In this document: positions 34,004-45,176 of the stretch, in pieces
Position numbering within the stretch: the first letter of the stretch is position 1
Layout of the letters: each line of letters begins with the position of its first letter
DNA from: Synechococcus sp.
Lineage (GTDB): Bacteria > Cyanobacteriota > Cyanobacteriia > PCC-6307 > Cyanobiaceae
Direction: 5' to 3'
Length of the DNA stretch: 64,000 nucleotides
NCBI GenBank assembly: GCA_047285805.1
Contig: JBJBCN010000002.1
Span: forward strand, 384,001-448,000
Translations under genes and position numbers: made by a program
Notes under the pieces: model-generated
Database searches by the model: none
Seen by the model: the letters and a program-made list of their open reading frames with translations, nothing else
What the model was told of the DNA's origin: nothing

Positions 34004-34459
34004 TCTTGCAAAGCTCTTGGTAGTTTCTTAAGATGAGTCTGTTGTGCAGTCCATAGGGCTGCAGTCGGAACCAGGCAAAGTTCCGTCCAGCGGGAAGATC
34101 TTGAGGACAGCCAGCCCAGCTGAGCACCCGATCTGCGAGCCCCCCTGACAGTCTTGCCGGGCTTCTGGCCCCGTTCCGTAACCCTGTTTTACCCCCCTCA
34201 GTCAGCGCCGATTTATCGACATCACTGCTGAGATCGCCGACACCTCCCCTTCAATCGCCCATGAGCGCTCACTCCTTCACGGCGTGACTGCTGATTTGGT
34301 TGGCCTCAGAGCCAGAACCAATTCGATTGCTGGTTCGTCCTCTGCCGCTTGCGCGGATCAGAAGTCCGGAGTCCGTCTGCCGTCAGTCCTGGATGCATCT
34401 CTCCCCCGGTGATGTCCAGCTGATCTGCCTTCCGCCTCAACTTCATCTAGACGAACGCG

Positions 34460-35890
34460 ATGAGTCCTGCTGCTGCGACCAAAAAGTCAGCGACCACCAA
34501 GACTGCTTCGAAAGCGAAAGCATCAGAGACGGAGAAGAAGACCGCTGCTGAAATCATCACCGTGGCGAACGCCTCCGGTGAGGCCGTCAAGGTGACGAAG
34601 GCCAAGGCCACCAGCAACACTAAGAAAGAAACCGAGGCCGCCAATAAGGTCGCTCCGACCAAGGCCAAGGCCAAGGCCTCCAAATCCAAGACCTCCACCA
34701 CCAAAGCTGCCGCCAGTAAGAAGACCACGACGACCAAGGCGGCCTCAAGTAAAGCTTCTTCCACCAAAGCGGCCGCATCTAAAGCCGCTGGCAAAAAAGC
34801 GGCTTCTGCCGATCTCGACAAGGCGGCTGATCAACTGCTGGCCGCCGCTGGTAAGGCTCCTGCCGCAGCCGCCAAGGCGTCCGAGAAGGACGCGGCCAAG
34901 ACCGCCAAGGCTCTGGCCAGTATCAAGATCGGCCCGAAGGGCGTCTATACCGAAGACTCGATTCGAGTTTATCTCCAGGAGATCGGCCGCATCCGCCTTC
35001 TGCGGCCTGATGAAGAGATCGAGCTGGCGCGCAAGATTGCCGACTTGCTCCAGCTTGAAGAGCTGGCGAACCAGTTCGAGGCCGATAATGGCCACTATCC
35101 CGACACCAAGGAGTGGGCCGCTCTCGTTGAGATGCCCCTGGTCAAGTTCCGCAGGCGCCTGATGCTCGGGCGGCGCGCCAAGGAAAAGATGGTTCAGTCG
35201 AACCTCCGCTTGGTTGTTTCGATTGCCAAGAAGTACATGAACCGGGGCCTGAGTTTCCAGGACCTGATTCAGGAAGGCTCCCTCGGCTTGATTCGTGCCG
35301 CTGAGAAGTTCGACCACGAGAAGGGCTACAAGTTCTCGACCTACGCCACCTGGTGGATTCGTCAGGCGATTACCCGCGCCATCGCGGACCAGTCCCGCAC
35401 GATTCGTCTCCCGGTGCACCTCTACGAGACGATTTCTCGAATCAAGAAGACCACCAAGACCCTCTCCCAAGAGTTCGGCCGTAAGCCGACCGAAGAGGAA
35501 ATTGCTGAGTCCATGGAGATGACCATCGAGAAGCTCCGCTTCATTGCCAAGAGCGCTCAGTTGCCGATTTCCCTGGAAACCCCGATCGGCAAGGAAGAGG
35601 ATTCCCGCCTCGGTGACTTCATCGAAGCCGACATCGAAAACCCCGAGCAGGATGTCGCAAAAAACCTGCTGCGAGAGGATCTTGAGGGTGTTCTGGCGAC
35701 CCTCAGCCCCCGCGAACGTGATGTGCTGCGCCTGCGCTACGGCCTCGATGACGGTCGGATGAAGACCCTCGAAGAGATCGGTCAGATCTTCGACGTCACC
35801 CGCGAACGGATCCGTCAGATCGAAGCCAAGGCCCTGCGCAAACTGCGGCACCCCAACCGCAATGGTGTGCTCAAGGAGTACATCAAGTAA
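34460..35890 (+). CDS. rpoD: Principal sigma factor (group 1 sigma70) with K/A/T/S-rich N-terminal extension
   Basis: [57 protein letters not shown]. Confidence 0.96.
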   Translation: MSPAAATKKSATTKTASKAKASETEKKTAAEIITVANASGEAVKVTKAKATSNTKKETEAANKVAPTKAKAKASKSKTSTTKAAASKKTTTTKAASSKASSTKAAASKAAGKKAASADLDKAADQLLAAAGKAPAAAAKASEKDAAKTAKALASIKIGPKGVYTEDSIRVYLQEIGRIRLLRPDEEIELARKIADLLQLEELANQFEADNGHYPDTKEWAALVEMPLVKFRRRLMLGRRAKEKMVQSNLRLVVSIAKKYMNRGLSFQDLIQEGSLGLIRAAEKFDHEKGYKFSTYATWWIRQAITRAIADQSRTIRLPVHLYETISRIKKTTKTLSQEFGRKPTEEEIAESMEMTIEKLRFIAKSAQLPISLETPIGKEEDSRLGDFIEADIENPEQDVAKNLLREDLEGVLATLSPRERDVLRLRYGLDDGRMKTLEEIGQIFDVTRERIRQIEAKALRKLRHPNRNGVLKEYIK

Positions 35891-35969
35891 CCAAGCCGTT
35901 GACTTTTACCCAAGCGGTTTAAGGTTCAGGCGCCGGCGGGATTCCTGCCGGCATTGTCTTGAGGATTCC

Positions 35970-37070
35970 ATGGGCTTGCGGGTCTCGATTGTTCTGCCCA
36001 CCTACAACGAAAGGGGCAATATCGAGCCGCTGTTGGCCCAACTGCTTCCCCTCAGTGAGCAGTGGGACCTGGAAATTTTGGTCGTCGATGACGATTCAGC
36101 TGATGGAACCGCCGAGCTGGTGCGTCAGCTCGCCCACAACGAGTCGCGGCTTCGCCTGATCCGCCGGGTTGGTCGCTCCGGTTTGGCCAGCGCGATCAAA
36201 GAAGGATTGCTGGATGCCACCGGAGATCTGGTGTTGGTGATGGATAGCGATGGTCAACACGAGCCGGGATCAGTCCGCCGCGCCATCGAAAACCTGGAAG
36301 CCGGAGGCTCCGATCTGGTCATCGGCAGCCGCTTCCATCCCGAGGCCAAGATCCTGGGGCTGAGTGACCGCCGTGAGACGGGATCCACCTGGGCGAACGC
36401 CAGTGCCCGCTTCAGCCTGCCGAAGCGCTACGCCCATCTCACGGATTACATGAGCGGCTTCTTTGCTCTGCGCTTAGAGCCCCTGCTTCCCTTGATTCGG
36501 GGAGTGGATGTCAATGGTTTCAAGTTCCTCTACGAACTTCTGGCCGTCAGCCGTGGACGCTTGAGTACCGCGGAGGTGCCCCTGACCTTCCAACCGCGCA
36601 CCTATGGCAGTTCCAAGTTGGACCTGGCCATCTTTTGGGACTTTTTGATTTCGATTCTCCACACCCTGAGCTTCCGCCTGTTGCCCAGGCGTGCCATCAG
36701 CTTTGGTTTGGTGGGCTTAAGCGGTGTTGCGGTGCAGTTGCTCATTACGCAGCTCTTCATGGCCCTTTGGGGGCTGGGCTTTGAGCAGGCGTTGCCTATT
36801 GGCGTCATCTCGGCCGCCAGTTCCAACTACTTGATCAACAACGCCCTGACCTTCCGCTTTGCACGCCTGCAGGGTGTGCTGCTGCTACGCGGTCTGCTCA
36901 AGTTCCTGCTGGTGGCCTCCTTGCCCGTGATGGCGAATGTGGGGCTGGCCTCGGCTTACTACAGCCTCATCGCCCCCAATGCCTTCTGGGCGCAGCTGGC
37001 CGGGATTGTTGTGGTGTTCGTCTGGAATTATGCCGCCAGCAGCCGCTTCGTTTGGAACACCCCAAATTAG
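35970..37070 (+). CDS. GT2 polyprenol-phosphate glycosyltransferase fused to a GtrA-like domain
   Basis: PTYNE, VDDDSADGT, MDSDGQH; C-terminal four-TM region. Confidence 0.9.
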   Translation: MGLRVSIVLPTYNERGNIEPLLAQLLPLSEQWDLEILVVDDDSADGTAELVRQLAHNESRLRLIRRVGRSGLASAIKEGLLDATGDLVLVMDSDGQHEPGSVRRAIENLEAGGSDLVIGSRFHPEAKILGLSDRRETGSTWANASARFSLPKRYAHLTDYMSGFFALRLEPLLPLIRGVDVNGFKFLYELLAVSRGRLSTAEVPLTFQPRTYGSSKLDLAIFWDFLISILHTLSFRLLPRRAISFGLVGLSGVAVQLLITQLFMALWGLGFEQALPIGVISAASSNYLINNALTFRFARLQGVLLLRGLLKFLLVASLPVMANVGLASAYYSLIAPNAFWAQLAGIVVVFVWNYAASSRFVWNTPN

Positions 37071-37072
37071 AG

Positions 37073-38839
37073 ATGCAGAGGCTCCGAACTTGGCTAGATG
37101 CCAACCCCTCCCGAGCCCTCGCTGCCGCCTTGGCGTCCATTGTTGGCCTTTGCCTGCTGGCCTTCTTTAACCAGCTAGGCGGCCTGGGTCTGCTCGATAA
37201 GACCGAAGGACTCTTTGTCGAGGTGCCACGCCAGATGGTGTTGAGCGGTGACTGGGTCACCCCACGTTGGAACGGCGCGACCTTTTTTGATTACCCCGTT
37301 TGGGGGTATTGGATGGTCGGCCTTAGCTTCCAGTTGTTGGGCGTCAGTGAATGGGCAGCCCGTCTGCCGGCGGCCCTGGCGGCCAGCGCCGTGGTCTTTG
37401 CGCTTTTTGGCCTGCTCCTTGCCCTGGCACCTGCCCAGGAGTCCGTCAGTCATCGCCTTGGACGGGCAACCCTCTGCAGCGGCCTCTTGGCCTTGAGCCC
37501 CGGTTGGGTGGGCTGGGGCCGCTCTTCGGTCACCGACATGTTTTTGGCTAGTGGGATCAGCCTGGCCTTATTCGGTTTCGCGCTGGCCTATTGGCGCCGG
37601 GATCGACCTTGGTTGCGCCAGCTCGGACATGTCGCCCTCTCGCTCTTTTGTGGGGTTGCGGTACTGGCGAAAGGACCCGTGGGTTTGCTCTTGCCTGGCC
37701 TCGTGATCATTGGATTCCTAGTTTTGCGGCGTGATTTCTGGCCCGAGGTCCGTCAGACCCCCTGGCTTCCGCTGCTGTCCCTCTTCATCGGCGTCACCCT
37801 TCCTTGGTATGCGGCTGCGACCCAGGCGAACGGTTTCGACTTCCTGGCCCGCTTCATCGGTTTCAGCAACCTGGAGCGCTTCACCTCCGTCATCTACGCC
37901 CACCCCGGCCCCCCGTGGTTCTACCTGCCCTGGTTGCTGCTCTTGGCGCTGCCCTGGTCGCTGTACATACCCGTGGCGATTCTTGATCTGCAGGTCTGGG
38001 CCCCCCAGCGCTGGCATCGCACTGACGCTGGGGCAGCCCTGGCGCAAATGGCACTGATTTGGCTGGTCGTTGTCGTGGCGTTCTTCTCGGCGGCAGCCAC
38101 CAAATTGCCCGGCTACATCCTTCCGGTTGTTCCCGGTGCGGCTCTGCTCGTGGGGCTGTTCTTTGCCCCCCTGTCGTCTAGTCACCCCCGGCCGACATCG
38201 CTGGATCGTCTGCAGCGTGGCAGCGGCTGGTTCAACGCTCTGTTGCTTGGAGCCATGGCGCTGGCGGCGGTGCTCGCCCCGCGCCTGATCGAGGTGGACC
38301 CCGCCTATCCAGGTTTTGCCCATGCGATTGCGCGCTCGGGTTTGCCCTGGCTCCTGGCCCTGCCCCTTGCCGGGGCCTGCGCTGGCTTGATCGTCTTGCT
38401 GCGGGCCGCGAACTCGGAGGCGCTGCGTTGGTTGTGGCTGCCCAACACAGCTGGCTTCGCGGCGGTGCTGGCCATGGTGATTCCGGTCTTGGCGCCCTTG
38501 ATGGATCGCGAGCGCCTCTTGCCCATTCGGGTCTTGGCGCGTCAGGCAGCTGCGGCAGCAGAGCCCGGCGAGCCGCTGTTGGTGGCGGGCTACAAGCGCT
38601 ACAGCGTGGTCTTCTACAGCGGCCGGCCTGTGCTGTTCGTTCACGATGCCCGCTCTGCTCAACAGCAGCTGGAGGCGCAAGCCAATTCGGCTGGATCGGT
38701 TTTGGTGTTGGGCTCTGATCGGGAGCTTTTGGACCTTGGCGTGGGACCGGGTGATGCGGAACTTCTCGGTCGTCTGGATGCCCACCGCTTAATCAGACTG
38801 GACCGCAGCATCCTTGATCAGTTGAGCGAAAGATCGTGA
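37073..38839 (+). CDS. ArnT/PMT_2 (GT-C) family glycosyltransferase
   Basis: MVLSGDWVTPRWNG, FDYP, WAARLP, LAKGPVG, PPWFY, KLPGYILP. Confidence 0.88.
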   Translation: MQRLRTWLDANPSRALAAALASIVGLCLLAFFNQLGGLGLLDKTEGLFVEVPRQMVLSGDWVTPRWNGATFFDYPVWGYWMVGLSFQLLGVSEWAARLPAALAASAVVFALFGLLLALAPAQESVSHRLGRATLCSGLLALSPGWVGWGRSSVTDMFLASGISLALFGFALAYWRRDRPWLRQLGHVALSLFCGVAVLAKGPVGLLLPGLVIIGFLVLRRDFWPEVRQTPWLPLLSLFIGVTLPWYAAATQANGFDFLARFIGFSNLERFTSVIYAHPGPPWFYLPWLLLLALPWSLYIPVAILDLQVWAPQRWHRTDAGAALAQMALIWLVVVVAFFSAAATKLPGYILPVVPGAALLVGLFFAPLSSSHPRPTSLDRLQRGSGWFNALLLGAMALAAVLAPRLIEVDPAYPGFAHAIARSGLPWLLALPLAGACAGLIVLLRAANSEALRWLWLPNTAGFAAVLAMVIPVLAPLMDRERLLPIRVLARQAAAAAEPGEPLLVAGYKRYSVVFYSGRPVLFVHDARSAQQQLEAQANSAGSVLVLGSDRELLDLGVGPGDAELLGRLDAHRLIRLDRSILDQLSERS

Positions 38840-39513
38840 TCGCCATGCCCCCTGTTTTTGGCGAGTGGCTGCATGTTCTCGGCCGGCGGCGCCTGCTTAT
38901 TTCCCTGGCCATCGCGGCGGTGCTGCTGGTGTCAGGTCCCAGCATGAAGGCCACTGCTCCTGACGCATGGGATCGGACCCTGCTCGATGGGCTGCATCAG
39001 CAGATCCCGGAGTGGCTCGGCCAGCTGTTGCTCTTGGTTTATCAAGCCAGTGGTGTTCACCTGACCGCCGTACTGGTCTTGGCCGTCCTCTGCTTTCTGG
39101 CCTTCAAGCGGTTGTGGCCCGATTTGGTCTGCCTAGTGGCAGGAACCGGCGGGATTTTGGTGATCGTGGACCGTCTTCTCAAGCCCTGGTTCGATCGTCC
39201 GCGGCCCGACGCCAGCTTGCTGGAGCTGAGTGGTCGCAGCTTTCCCAGTGGCCATGCCGCGGGCTCGGTGGTCTTCTACTTCATGAGCTGCACTCTGCTG
39301 GCCGCCCACTATCCGCGGCTGCGCAGGCCCCTCTTTGTCCTTTCAAGCCTCTGGGTGGCCCTGGTCTGGCTGAGCACGCTCTACTGCCGAGCCCACTGGC
39401 CAAGCGACATCTTGGCGGGGGCCGCCGTCGGTTATGTGTGGCTCAGCTTCTGCCTCGCGGGGTTCACCGTCTGGGAGCGGCACCATTCTCATCCCTTCTC
39501 CTCCCATGGCTAA
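38836..39513 (+). CDS. PAP2 family phosphatase
   Basis: KPWFDRPRP, SFPSGHA, HWPSDILAG. Confidence 0.9.
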   Translation: MIAMPPVFGEWLHVLGRRRLLISLAIAAVLLVSGPSMKATAPDAWDRTLLDGLHQQIPEWLGQLLLLVYQASGVHLTAVLVLAVLCFLAFKRLWPDLVCLVAGTGGILVIVDRLLKPWFDRPRPDASLLELSGRSFPSGHAAGSVVFYFMSCTLLAAHYPRLRRPLFVLSSLWVALVWLSTLYCRAHWPSDILAGAAVGYVWLSFCLAGFTVWERHHSHPFSSHG

Positions 39514-39913
39514 CGCCTCTTCACTACTGGCTTCGCTGAAGAGACTCCGTTCAGCCCCAACCATGTCCGCGGCTGAGCAGCGCCAGTTGTCCGACGAGCT
39601 GATGGCTGCGCTTGCCACCTGCGAGTGGTTCACAGTTGGTGTGATGGCCCCCTCCGCCGCAGTCGCCGTTTCGAGCCTGCGGGCCTTGGAGGCTCGGCTC
39701 TCCTGGGAGGCCCTGCAACTGGATCCTGCTGGCGAAGAGCTGGCCTCAATTGAGGGTCCCGTCTTCCTGAAGGCCAACCAGAACACCGGCCGGTTCCTGG
39801 TGCGCCGTGAAAGCGGTCTCGGCGAAGGCCTGCTCATCACTGGCCATAACCCCGTCGATCCCAGCTCGGAAGACACCTGGGGCCCCCTGCCCTTGGGTTT
39901 GTTCGACGACTGA
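39506..39913 (+). CDS. DUF1824-like protein
   Basis: WFTVGVMAPS, GPVFLKANQ, TWGPLPL. Confidence 0.75.
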   Translation: MANASSLLASLKRLRSAPTMSAAEQRQLSDELMAALATCEWFTVGVMAPSAAVAVSSLRALEARLSWEALQLDPAGEELASIEGPVFLKANQNTGRFLVRRESGLGEGLLITGHNPVDPSSEDTWGPLPLGLFDD

Positions 39914-40007
39914 TCACGACTTTTGGGCCTTTGGCCTGGATGGGCACTCCACTCCCTAGGCTTGACGGCTGTGATTCGGCGGCCCTTTGCTGCCTTGATG
40001 CATTCCG

Positions 40008-40961
40008 ATGGCTGGTTCCCAACTGCGTATTGCTTCCCGTCGCAGCCAGCTGGCCATGGTCCAGACCCATTGGGTGCGTGACGAGCTAGCTAAGGCCCAC
40101 AACGGCTTGGAGATCACCATCGAAGCGATGGCCACCCAGGGCGACAAGATCCTGGATGTGGCCCTGGCGAAGATCGGTGACAAGGGCCTGTTCACCAAGG
40201 AGCTTGAGGCTCAGATGCTGGTGGACCGTGCCGATATCGCCGTCCACAGCCTGAAGGATCTGCCCACGAACCTGCCCGAGGGCCTGATGCTCGGCTGCAT
40301 CACGGAGCGGGAAGATCCCGCCGACGCCCTGGTGGTGCACGAGAAGCACAAGGACAAGACGCTCGCGACCCTGCCGGAAGGGGCCGTTGTGGGCACAAGC
40401 TCTCTGCGCCGTTTGGCCCAGCTGCGTTACCACTTCCCTCATCTCACCTTCAAAGATGTGCGCGGCAACGTGATTACCCGCTTGGAGAAGCTCGATTCCG
40501 GTGAGTTCGATTGCCTGATCCTGGCGGCCGCGGGTTTGGGTCGTCTCGGCCTTGGGGATCGCATCCACGAACTGATCGACCCGTCCATTTCGCTCCACGC
40601 CGTCGGCCAGGGCGCCCTGGGCATCGAGTGCCGTGATGGAGACATCAAGGTCCTTGAGCAGATCAAGGTGCTCGAGCATGTCCCCACCGCTCGCCGCTGC
40701 CTGGCGGAGCGTGCGTTCCTGCGGGAACTGGAGGGCGGTTGTCAGGTGCCCATCGGCGTCAATACTCGTTTTGAGGGCGACGAGCTGGTGATGACCGGCA
40801 TGGTCGCCAGCCTCGATGGCAAGCGTCTGATCCGTGATCAGGTCCAGGGAGATCAAACCAACCCCGAGGTCCTCGGGGTTGGTTTGGCCCACAAACTAAA
40901 GGCCCAGGGAGCAGGAGAGATCCTGGAAGAGATCTTTGCAACCGTTCGGCCCGAGGCCTGA
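40008..40961 (+). CDS. hemC: Hydroxymethylbilane synthase
   Basis: [42 protein letters not shown]. Confidence 0.98.
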   Translation: MAGSQLRIASRRSQLAMVQTHWVRDELAKAHNGLEITIEAMATQGDKILDVALAKIGDKGLFTKELEAQMLVDRADIAVHSLKDLPTNLPEGLMLGCITEREDPADALVVHEKHKDKTLATLPEGAVVGTSSLRRLAQLRYHFPHLTFKDVRGNVITRLEKLDSGEFDCLILAAAGLGRLGLGDRIHELIDPSISLHAVGQGALGIECRDGDIKVLEQIKVLEHVPTARRCLAERAFLRELEGGCQVPIGVNTRFEGDELVMTGMVASLDGKRLIRDQVQGDQTNPEVLGVGLAHKLKAQGAGEILEEIFATVRPEA

Positions 40962-42927
40962 CACCCCCCCGGGAGGAGTCGAGCTGGATGAGGCTCGGCC
41001 CCTTCCCTTTCAATGGAGCCTCCTGGCGTGGGCAGCTCTGGTTGGCGCCCTGACGGGCCTCGCCGTTGTTGGCTTCCATGAGCTTCTTGGCCTGATCAAC
41101 AACGGCCTGTTTGGTCCGGCCGTGTCCTGGGCGCTGGCCCTTGTGGGCCAGGCGCAACCGGAGCCGCCACCCCTTCCGGTGGAACCCTTACCGATGGACA
41201 GCGGCACACCGCTGCGTGCTCTGCTGCAGCTCGGTTTAGGGGGCGTGGGCTTCCTCCCTGATCAGGTCCCTGCAGTTCCGGACCCGGACCCGGTCCAGGC
41301 CATGGCTGGAGATCTACCCCTCTGGTTGGCCTCTTGGCCCGTGGTGCTGATGCCACTCCTCGGTGGCCTGGGGGTCGGCGTGTTGCGGCTCTGCTCGAAG
41401 GATTTGGGACCAGGCTTGCCGAGCTTGATGGCCATGGCCGATGGGGCTGTCCAGGCCAACCCGAAGCTGCCCTTTCAACGCCTCCTCGGGGCCTCCTTTA
41501 GCTTGGGGAGTGGTGCTTCCCTGGGGCCTGAGGGGCCGAGCGTGGAGAGCGGCGGCAACATTGGTCTCTGGCTTGGGATGCGTGGCGGCCTGCCGCCGGA
41601 GTCCCAGAAGGCCTTGGTTGCCGCCGGCGTTGCGGCGGGTTTGGCGGCGGGCTTCAAAGCCCCAATTGCTGGGGTCTTTTTCGCTTTTGAGGGCAGTTAC
41701 AGCACTATCCCTGGGCGCCCCAGCATCCGCGCGGTCCTCGTGGCTGCCGTGGCCTCCGCGCTTGTCACCCAGCTGTGCCTCGGCAGTGATCCGATCTTCC
41801 GGCTGCCGGCCTATGAGGTGCGCTCCCCCCTTGAGCTGCCCCTTTATCTGGGGCTGGGGTTGTTGGCTAGCGGCGTCTCCATCGCCCTGCTGCGACTTCT
41901 GGCGGCCGGCCGGAGTCCGCGCGTCCAGCACTGGTTGGGCCGCCTGCCTACATGGCTGCTCCCCGGGGTTGGCGGTCTGGCCATCGGTTTGTTGGCCTTG
42001 AGCTTCCCCCAGGTGCTGGGGGTGGGATACGACACGATTGAGGCCCTCTTGGGAACTGGTGGCGGGATCGCTCTGCTCACCCTGTTGGGCCTGCTTTTTG
42101 TGAAGCTCTTGGCTACCGCCTTGAGCAGCGCAACGGGTTTTGTCGGTGGTGGTTTCGCGCCCTCGCTCTTTGCTGGGGCGGTTTTGGGCAATGTCTACGG
42201 CCAGCTCCTTGGAGACAGCGGCTTGGGTCTGCCGGTGGCGGAACCCCCCGCCTACGCCATGGTCGGCATGGCTGCGGTCCTGGCGGGCAGTGCCCGCGCG
42301 CCCTTGACCGCTCTGTTGCTGCTCTTTGAGCTGACCCGGGACATTCGCATTGTTTTGCCGCTCATGGCGGCGGCGGGCCTAAGTGCGGCGTTGGTGGAGC
42401 GTTGGCAGGGGCTCGCTGATCCTGGTCTGCTCGGACCGGATCTCCTCGAGGATCAGCGCCGCCAATTCCTGACGGCCCTCCCGGTTGTCGACGCCTTTGA
42501 GCCAGAGGTCCCCTTGGTGCTGAATGCCGCTGAGACAGCCCAGTCGGCCCTGCAGCAATTGCTTGAGTCCCACGGCCACTGCCTGATGGTCGAGCAGGAG
42601 AACTGGGTCGTTGGACTCGTGACCCTCTCTGATTTGCAGCTGGCCCTGACGGGGCTCGGGCCTGCGGTCACGCTGGCGGACTGCCGTCGCTCCGACCTGC
42701 TCTGGCTGCCCGCTTCGGCGAACCTGGCGCAGTTGGAGGATCAGCTGCGCCCTAATGGCCTGCGCCAGCTGCCGGTCTTCGACCTCAGCCTTCCGGATCT
42801 GCCCCATCTCCCCAGCGCCCTGCCCACCAGTGGCTTGCCCGTGAAGGCTCTGCAGGGTCTGGCGAGCCGAGACGGAATGGCGCGGGCCGTGGCCCGTGTT
42901 CAGTCATCTATCAATTTCCAGCCATGA
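40936..42927 (+). CDS. ClC chloride channel/transporter with CBS domains (start uncertain)
   Basis: [32 protein letters not shown]. Confidence 0.9.
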   Translation: MQPFGPRPDTPPGGVELDEARPLPFQWSLLAWAALVGALTGLAVVGFHELLGLINNGLFGPAVSWALALVGQAQPEPPPLPVEPLPMDSGTPLRALLQLGLGGVGFLPDQVPAVPDPDPVQAMAGDLPLWLASWPVVLMPLLGGLGVGVLRLCSKDLGPGLPSLMAMADGAVQANPKLPFQRLLGASFSLGSGASLGPEGPSVESGGNIGLWLGMRGGLPPESQKALVAAGVAAGLAAGFKAPIAGVFFAFEGSYSTIPGRPSIRAVLVAAVASALVTQLCLGSDPIFRLPAYEVRSPLELPLYLGLGLLASGVSIALLRLLAAGRSPRVQHWLGRLPTWLLPGVGGLAIGLLALSFPQVLGVGYDTIEALLGTGGGIALLTLLGLLFVKLLATALSSATGFVGGGFAPSLFAGAVLGNVYGQLLGDSGLGLPVAEPPAYAMVGMAAVLAGSARAPLTALLLLFELTRDIRIVLPLMAAAGLSAALVERWQGLADPGLLGPDLLEDQRRQFLTALPVVDAFEPEVPLVLNAAETAQSALQQLLESHGHCLMVEQENWVVGLVTLSDLQLALTGLGPAVTLADCRRSDLLWLPASANLAQLEDQLRPNGLRQLPVFDLSLPDLPHLPSALPTSGLPVKALQGLASRDGMARAVARVQSSINFQP

Positions 42928-42950
42928 AAAAAGCCCCCGCTTGGGGGCTT
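42927..42950 (-). terminator. Intrinsic terminator of the second ppa
   Basis: Minus strand AAGCCCCC-AAGC-GGGGGCTT followed by a T run. Confidence 0.8.
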
Positions 42951-42972
42951 GGATGGCAGTGAAGAGCTCTGC

Positions 42973-43560
42973 TCAGTTGATCAGCTTTGGAGCGATGACT
43001 TCCATGTAGCGGGCCTCGCACTCCTTGACGATTTTCACGGCTTCGGGGGAGTCGAAGAAGCCGTTTACGCGACAGGTGCCGGGCTTCTTGAGGTCCTTGT
43101 AGTGCTCCCAGTAGTACTTGGTTTCCTTCAGCCAGTGCTCACCCAGTTGTGTGTAGCTGGTGATGTGCTCCATGCGCTTGTCATCGGCGAGCACAGCAAT
43201 GACCTTGTCGTCGACTTCGCCGCCGTCGTCGAATTTCATGATGCCAATGATGCGGGCCTCCACCAGGGAGCCGGGCACCAGGGGCTCCGTCACACCGACG
43301 ATCTCGATGTCGAGGGGGTCGCCGTCCTCATCCCAGGTGCGGGGAATGGTGCCGTAGGCGAAGGGATAGGCCAGGGAGGAATAGCCGACGCGATCGAGCT
43401 TGAGGTGACCGGTTTCGGTGATCAGCTCGTACTTATTAATCGTGTTGCTGTTGAGCTCCACGATGGTGTTCAGCCGCAGCTCGGCTTCATCGGCAAATGC
43501 AGGCAGCACGTGAAGCAGGTTGAGCATCGTGCGGCTTGGGGCGTGATCTATGTTCGCCAT
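42973..43560 (-). CDS. ppa: Inorganic pyrophosphatase (copy 2)
   Basis: NKYEL, YPFAYGTIPRTWDEDGDPLD, DDKVIAV, HYKDLK. Confidence 0.93.
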   Translation of the reverse strand: MANIDHAPSRTMLNLLHVLPAFADEAELRLNTIVELNSNTINKYELITETGHLKLDRVGYSSLAYPFAYGTIPRTWDEDGDPLDIEIVGVTEPLVPGSLVEARIIGIMKFDDGGEVDDKVIAVLADDKRMEHITSYTQLGEHWLKETKYYWEHYKDLKKPGTCRVNGFFDSPEAVKIVKECEARYMEVIAPKLIN

Positions 43561-43635
43561 CAGGGCAGCGGGCCTAAGGATGGTCGGCATCCTACGGAGT
43601 GCCAGGAACCTACCCTGTGGAGAGGTCGCGTAGGC

Positions 43636-44165
43636 CTAGAGAGCTTCAGAGTTCGGGTCTTCGTATGCCTGTTTTGGCTCCCGCTGGGCTTCAAAGGCTT
43701 GTATTCAGGACCAGGCCTCTTGCGCTGAATCGGTGAACTGGGAGAGCTCCAGGTGTTCCTCGCGGATCAGGCCTCAGTCCGCTTGCTAGTCAAAATCATT
43801 AGGCGTTACCAGAAGTCTTTGCCAGAGAGGATGACGGTCATCTGCCGTTTCATAGCCGTCTGACGTATGTTGAGAACCTCAAAGAGCGCATCAAGGGTGA
43901 CGAAGCCACCCGGGAAGAGAACGACAGCGGTGGAGCGTTTGAACAAGTTGAACTTGCTTAGAGCGGAGTAATTAGCTCTAGGCCGGTGTGTGGGAAGGGC
44001 TTAGGTTCTTGCAGGAGCTTGATGCTGAGACCAATCGAGTGTCCACCGGCGTCAAAGGCGCCGCAGTCGGTGGCCTCCATGATTCCGGGCCCCCCGGCAT
44101 TGACGATGAAGTGCTTGCTGGCCTGCTGATCCGCTGAGACCAGATGGCTGAATTCGCGAATAATA
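43636..44165 (-). pseudogene. Degraded LOG family (TIGR00730-type) gene, 3' half
   Basis: Hand translation across frameshifts and stops gives AGGPGIMEA...GAFDAGGHSIGLSIKL, VVLFPGGFVTLDALFEVL...RQT, GKDFW*, TDSAQEAW. Confidence 0.8.
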
Positions 44166-44364
44166 GAGTTAAAAGTAAATACTACCGTCTCTTTATCCGA
44201 TAAACCGAGGGGTGGTAGTACTTCTATGCGAGTTGCGAGGTAGTTTCTATCTAGTACTGTTATCTAGGACTTAGATCACAGACCTACACGAGAATATAAA
44301 GACCAATTATAGGGAGGACAACGGGTTATTGCAGTACTTGTATACTTGTAAGTGTGATAAGAGT

Positions 44365-44590
44365 AGAGTTTTTCCAAGATCCAGAGACAAAGCAGGTCAA
44401 GCGGTTCCACCGCGATGAGAAGAGGTAGTCACAAGACCCCATGGTTTTCTGGAAACAGTCACTGCGATACCTGGCGAGTCTCCTTTTAAGGCCAGTGTGC
44501 AGCCCTATCGGGACGTTGCAGTTAACCATGGAGGGACCTCATCAAGAGTGCTAATAGCCTGTGGAGGTTCTTTGGGGATGCCAAGAAGAG
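44365..44590 (+). pseudogene. DUF1651-like gene remnant
   Basis: FQDPETKQVKRFHRDEKR*SQDPMVF, then after frameshifts PGESP and WRDLIKS...PVEVLWG; resembles picocyanobacterial DUF1651 proteins (from recall). Confidence 0.55.
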
Positions 44591-45176
44591 CTGTAGCCAT
44601 CTACTACATTTAGGTTTAGGTACCAATGGTTCTCAGCCATCCCTGCAACTAAGTATTAGGGCCCCAGAAATTTGTACTGGGATTCACTGATAAGCCGCGT
44701 GCAGTATGTGAGTCGATAGCGAGGGCTGCAGTTACGAGTGGTGTTAGCGATAAGTGGATGGACTAGTGTTTTGCCTTCTCAAGAGCGGTAAGAATTTTTA
44801 TTAGGGGGAAAGTTCCTGTAATCGCTGTTAAAGTAGTTTGTGAACGTCATGTGGCTTGCGACCTTGAAATCGCGTCACGTAGCGGGCGAGCATTGATGGT
44901 TGTTGTAGGTCAACGCGACAATGAGATAGTCAGTGCTTTTTACTTTTGTAGTGACTGGGTGGTAAGGTATACGACTTTCTCAATAGAAACGAAGGATAGT
45001 GTTCATATGAACGGATTAGACTTTTCGAGAAGTATCCATATGATGGCGCCTGAGATCGGTTTCTACGGCGAAAAGTATCAATCGATTGACCATTCAGCGC
45101 TGTTCACAGGTACAGTCGTATTGAAAAAACAATTCAACATCTGAGTCCTGCGATCCTTATTATAAGTCATCCCATC

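Noticed and set aside
34460..34920. K/A/T/S-rich low-complexity repeats at the start of rpoD
   Set aside because: Typical variable N-terminal extension of picocyanobacterial SigA; not a DNA repeat element.
44851..45144. 97-aa ORF in the island margin
   Set aside because: No recognisable motif and it lies among decayed sequence; cannot be supported as a gene.
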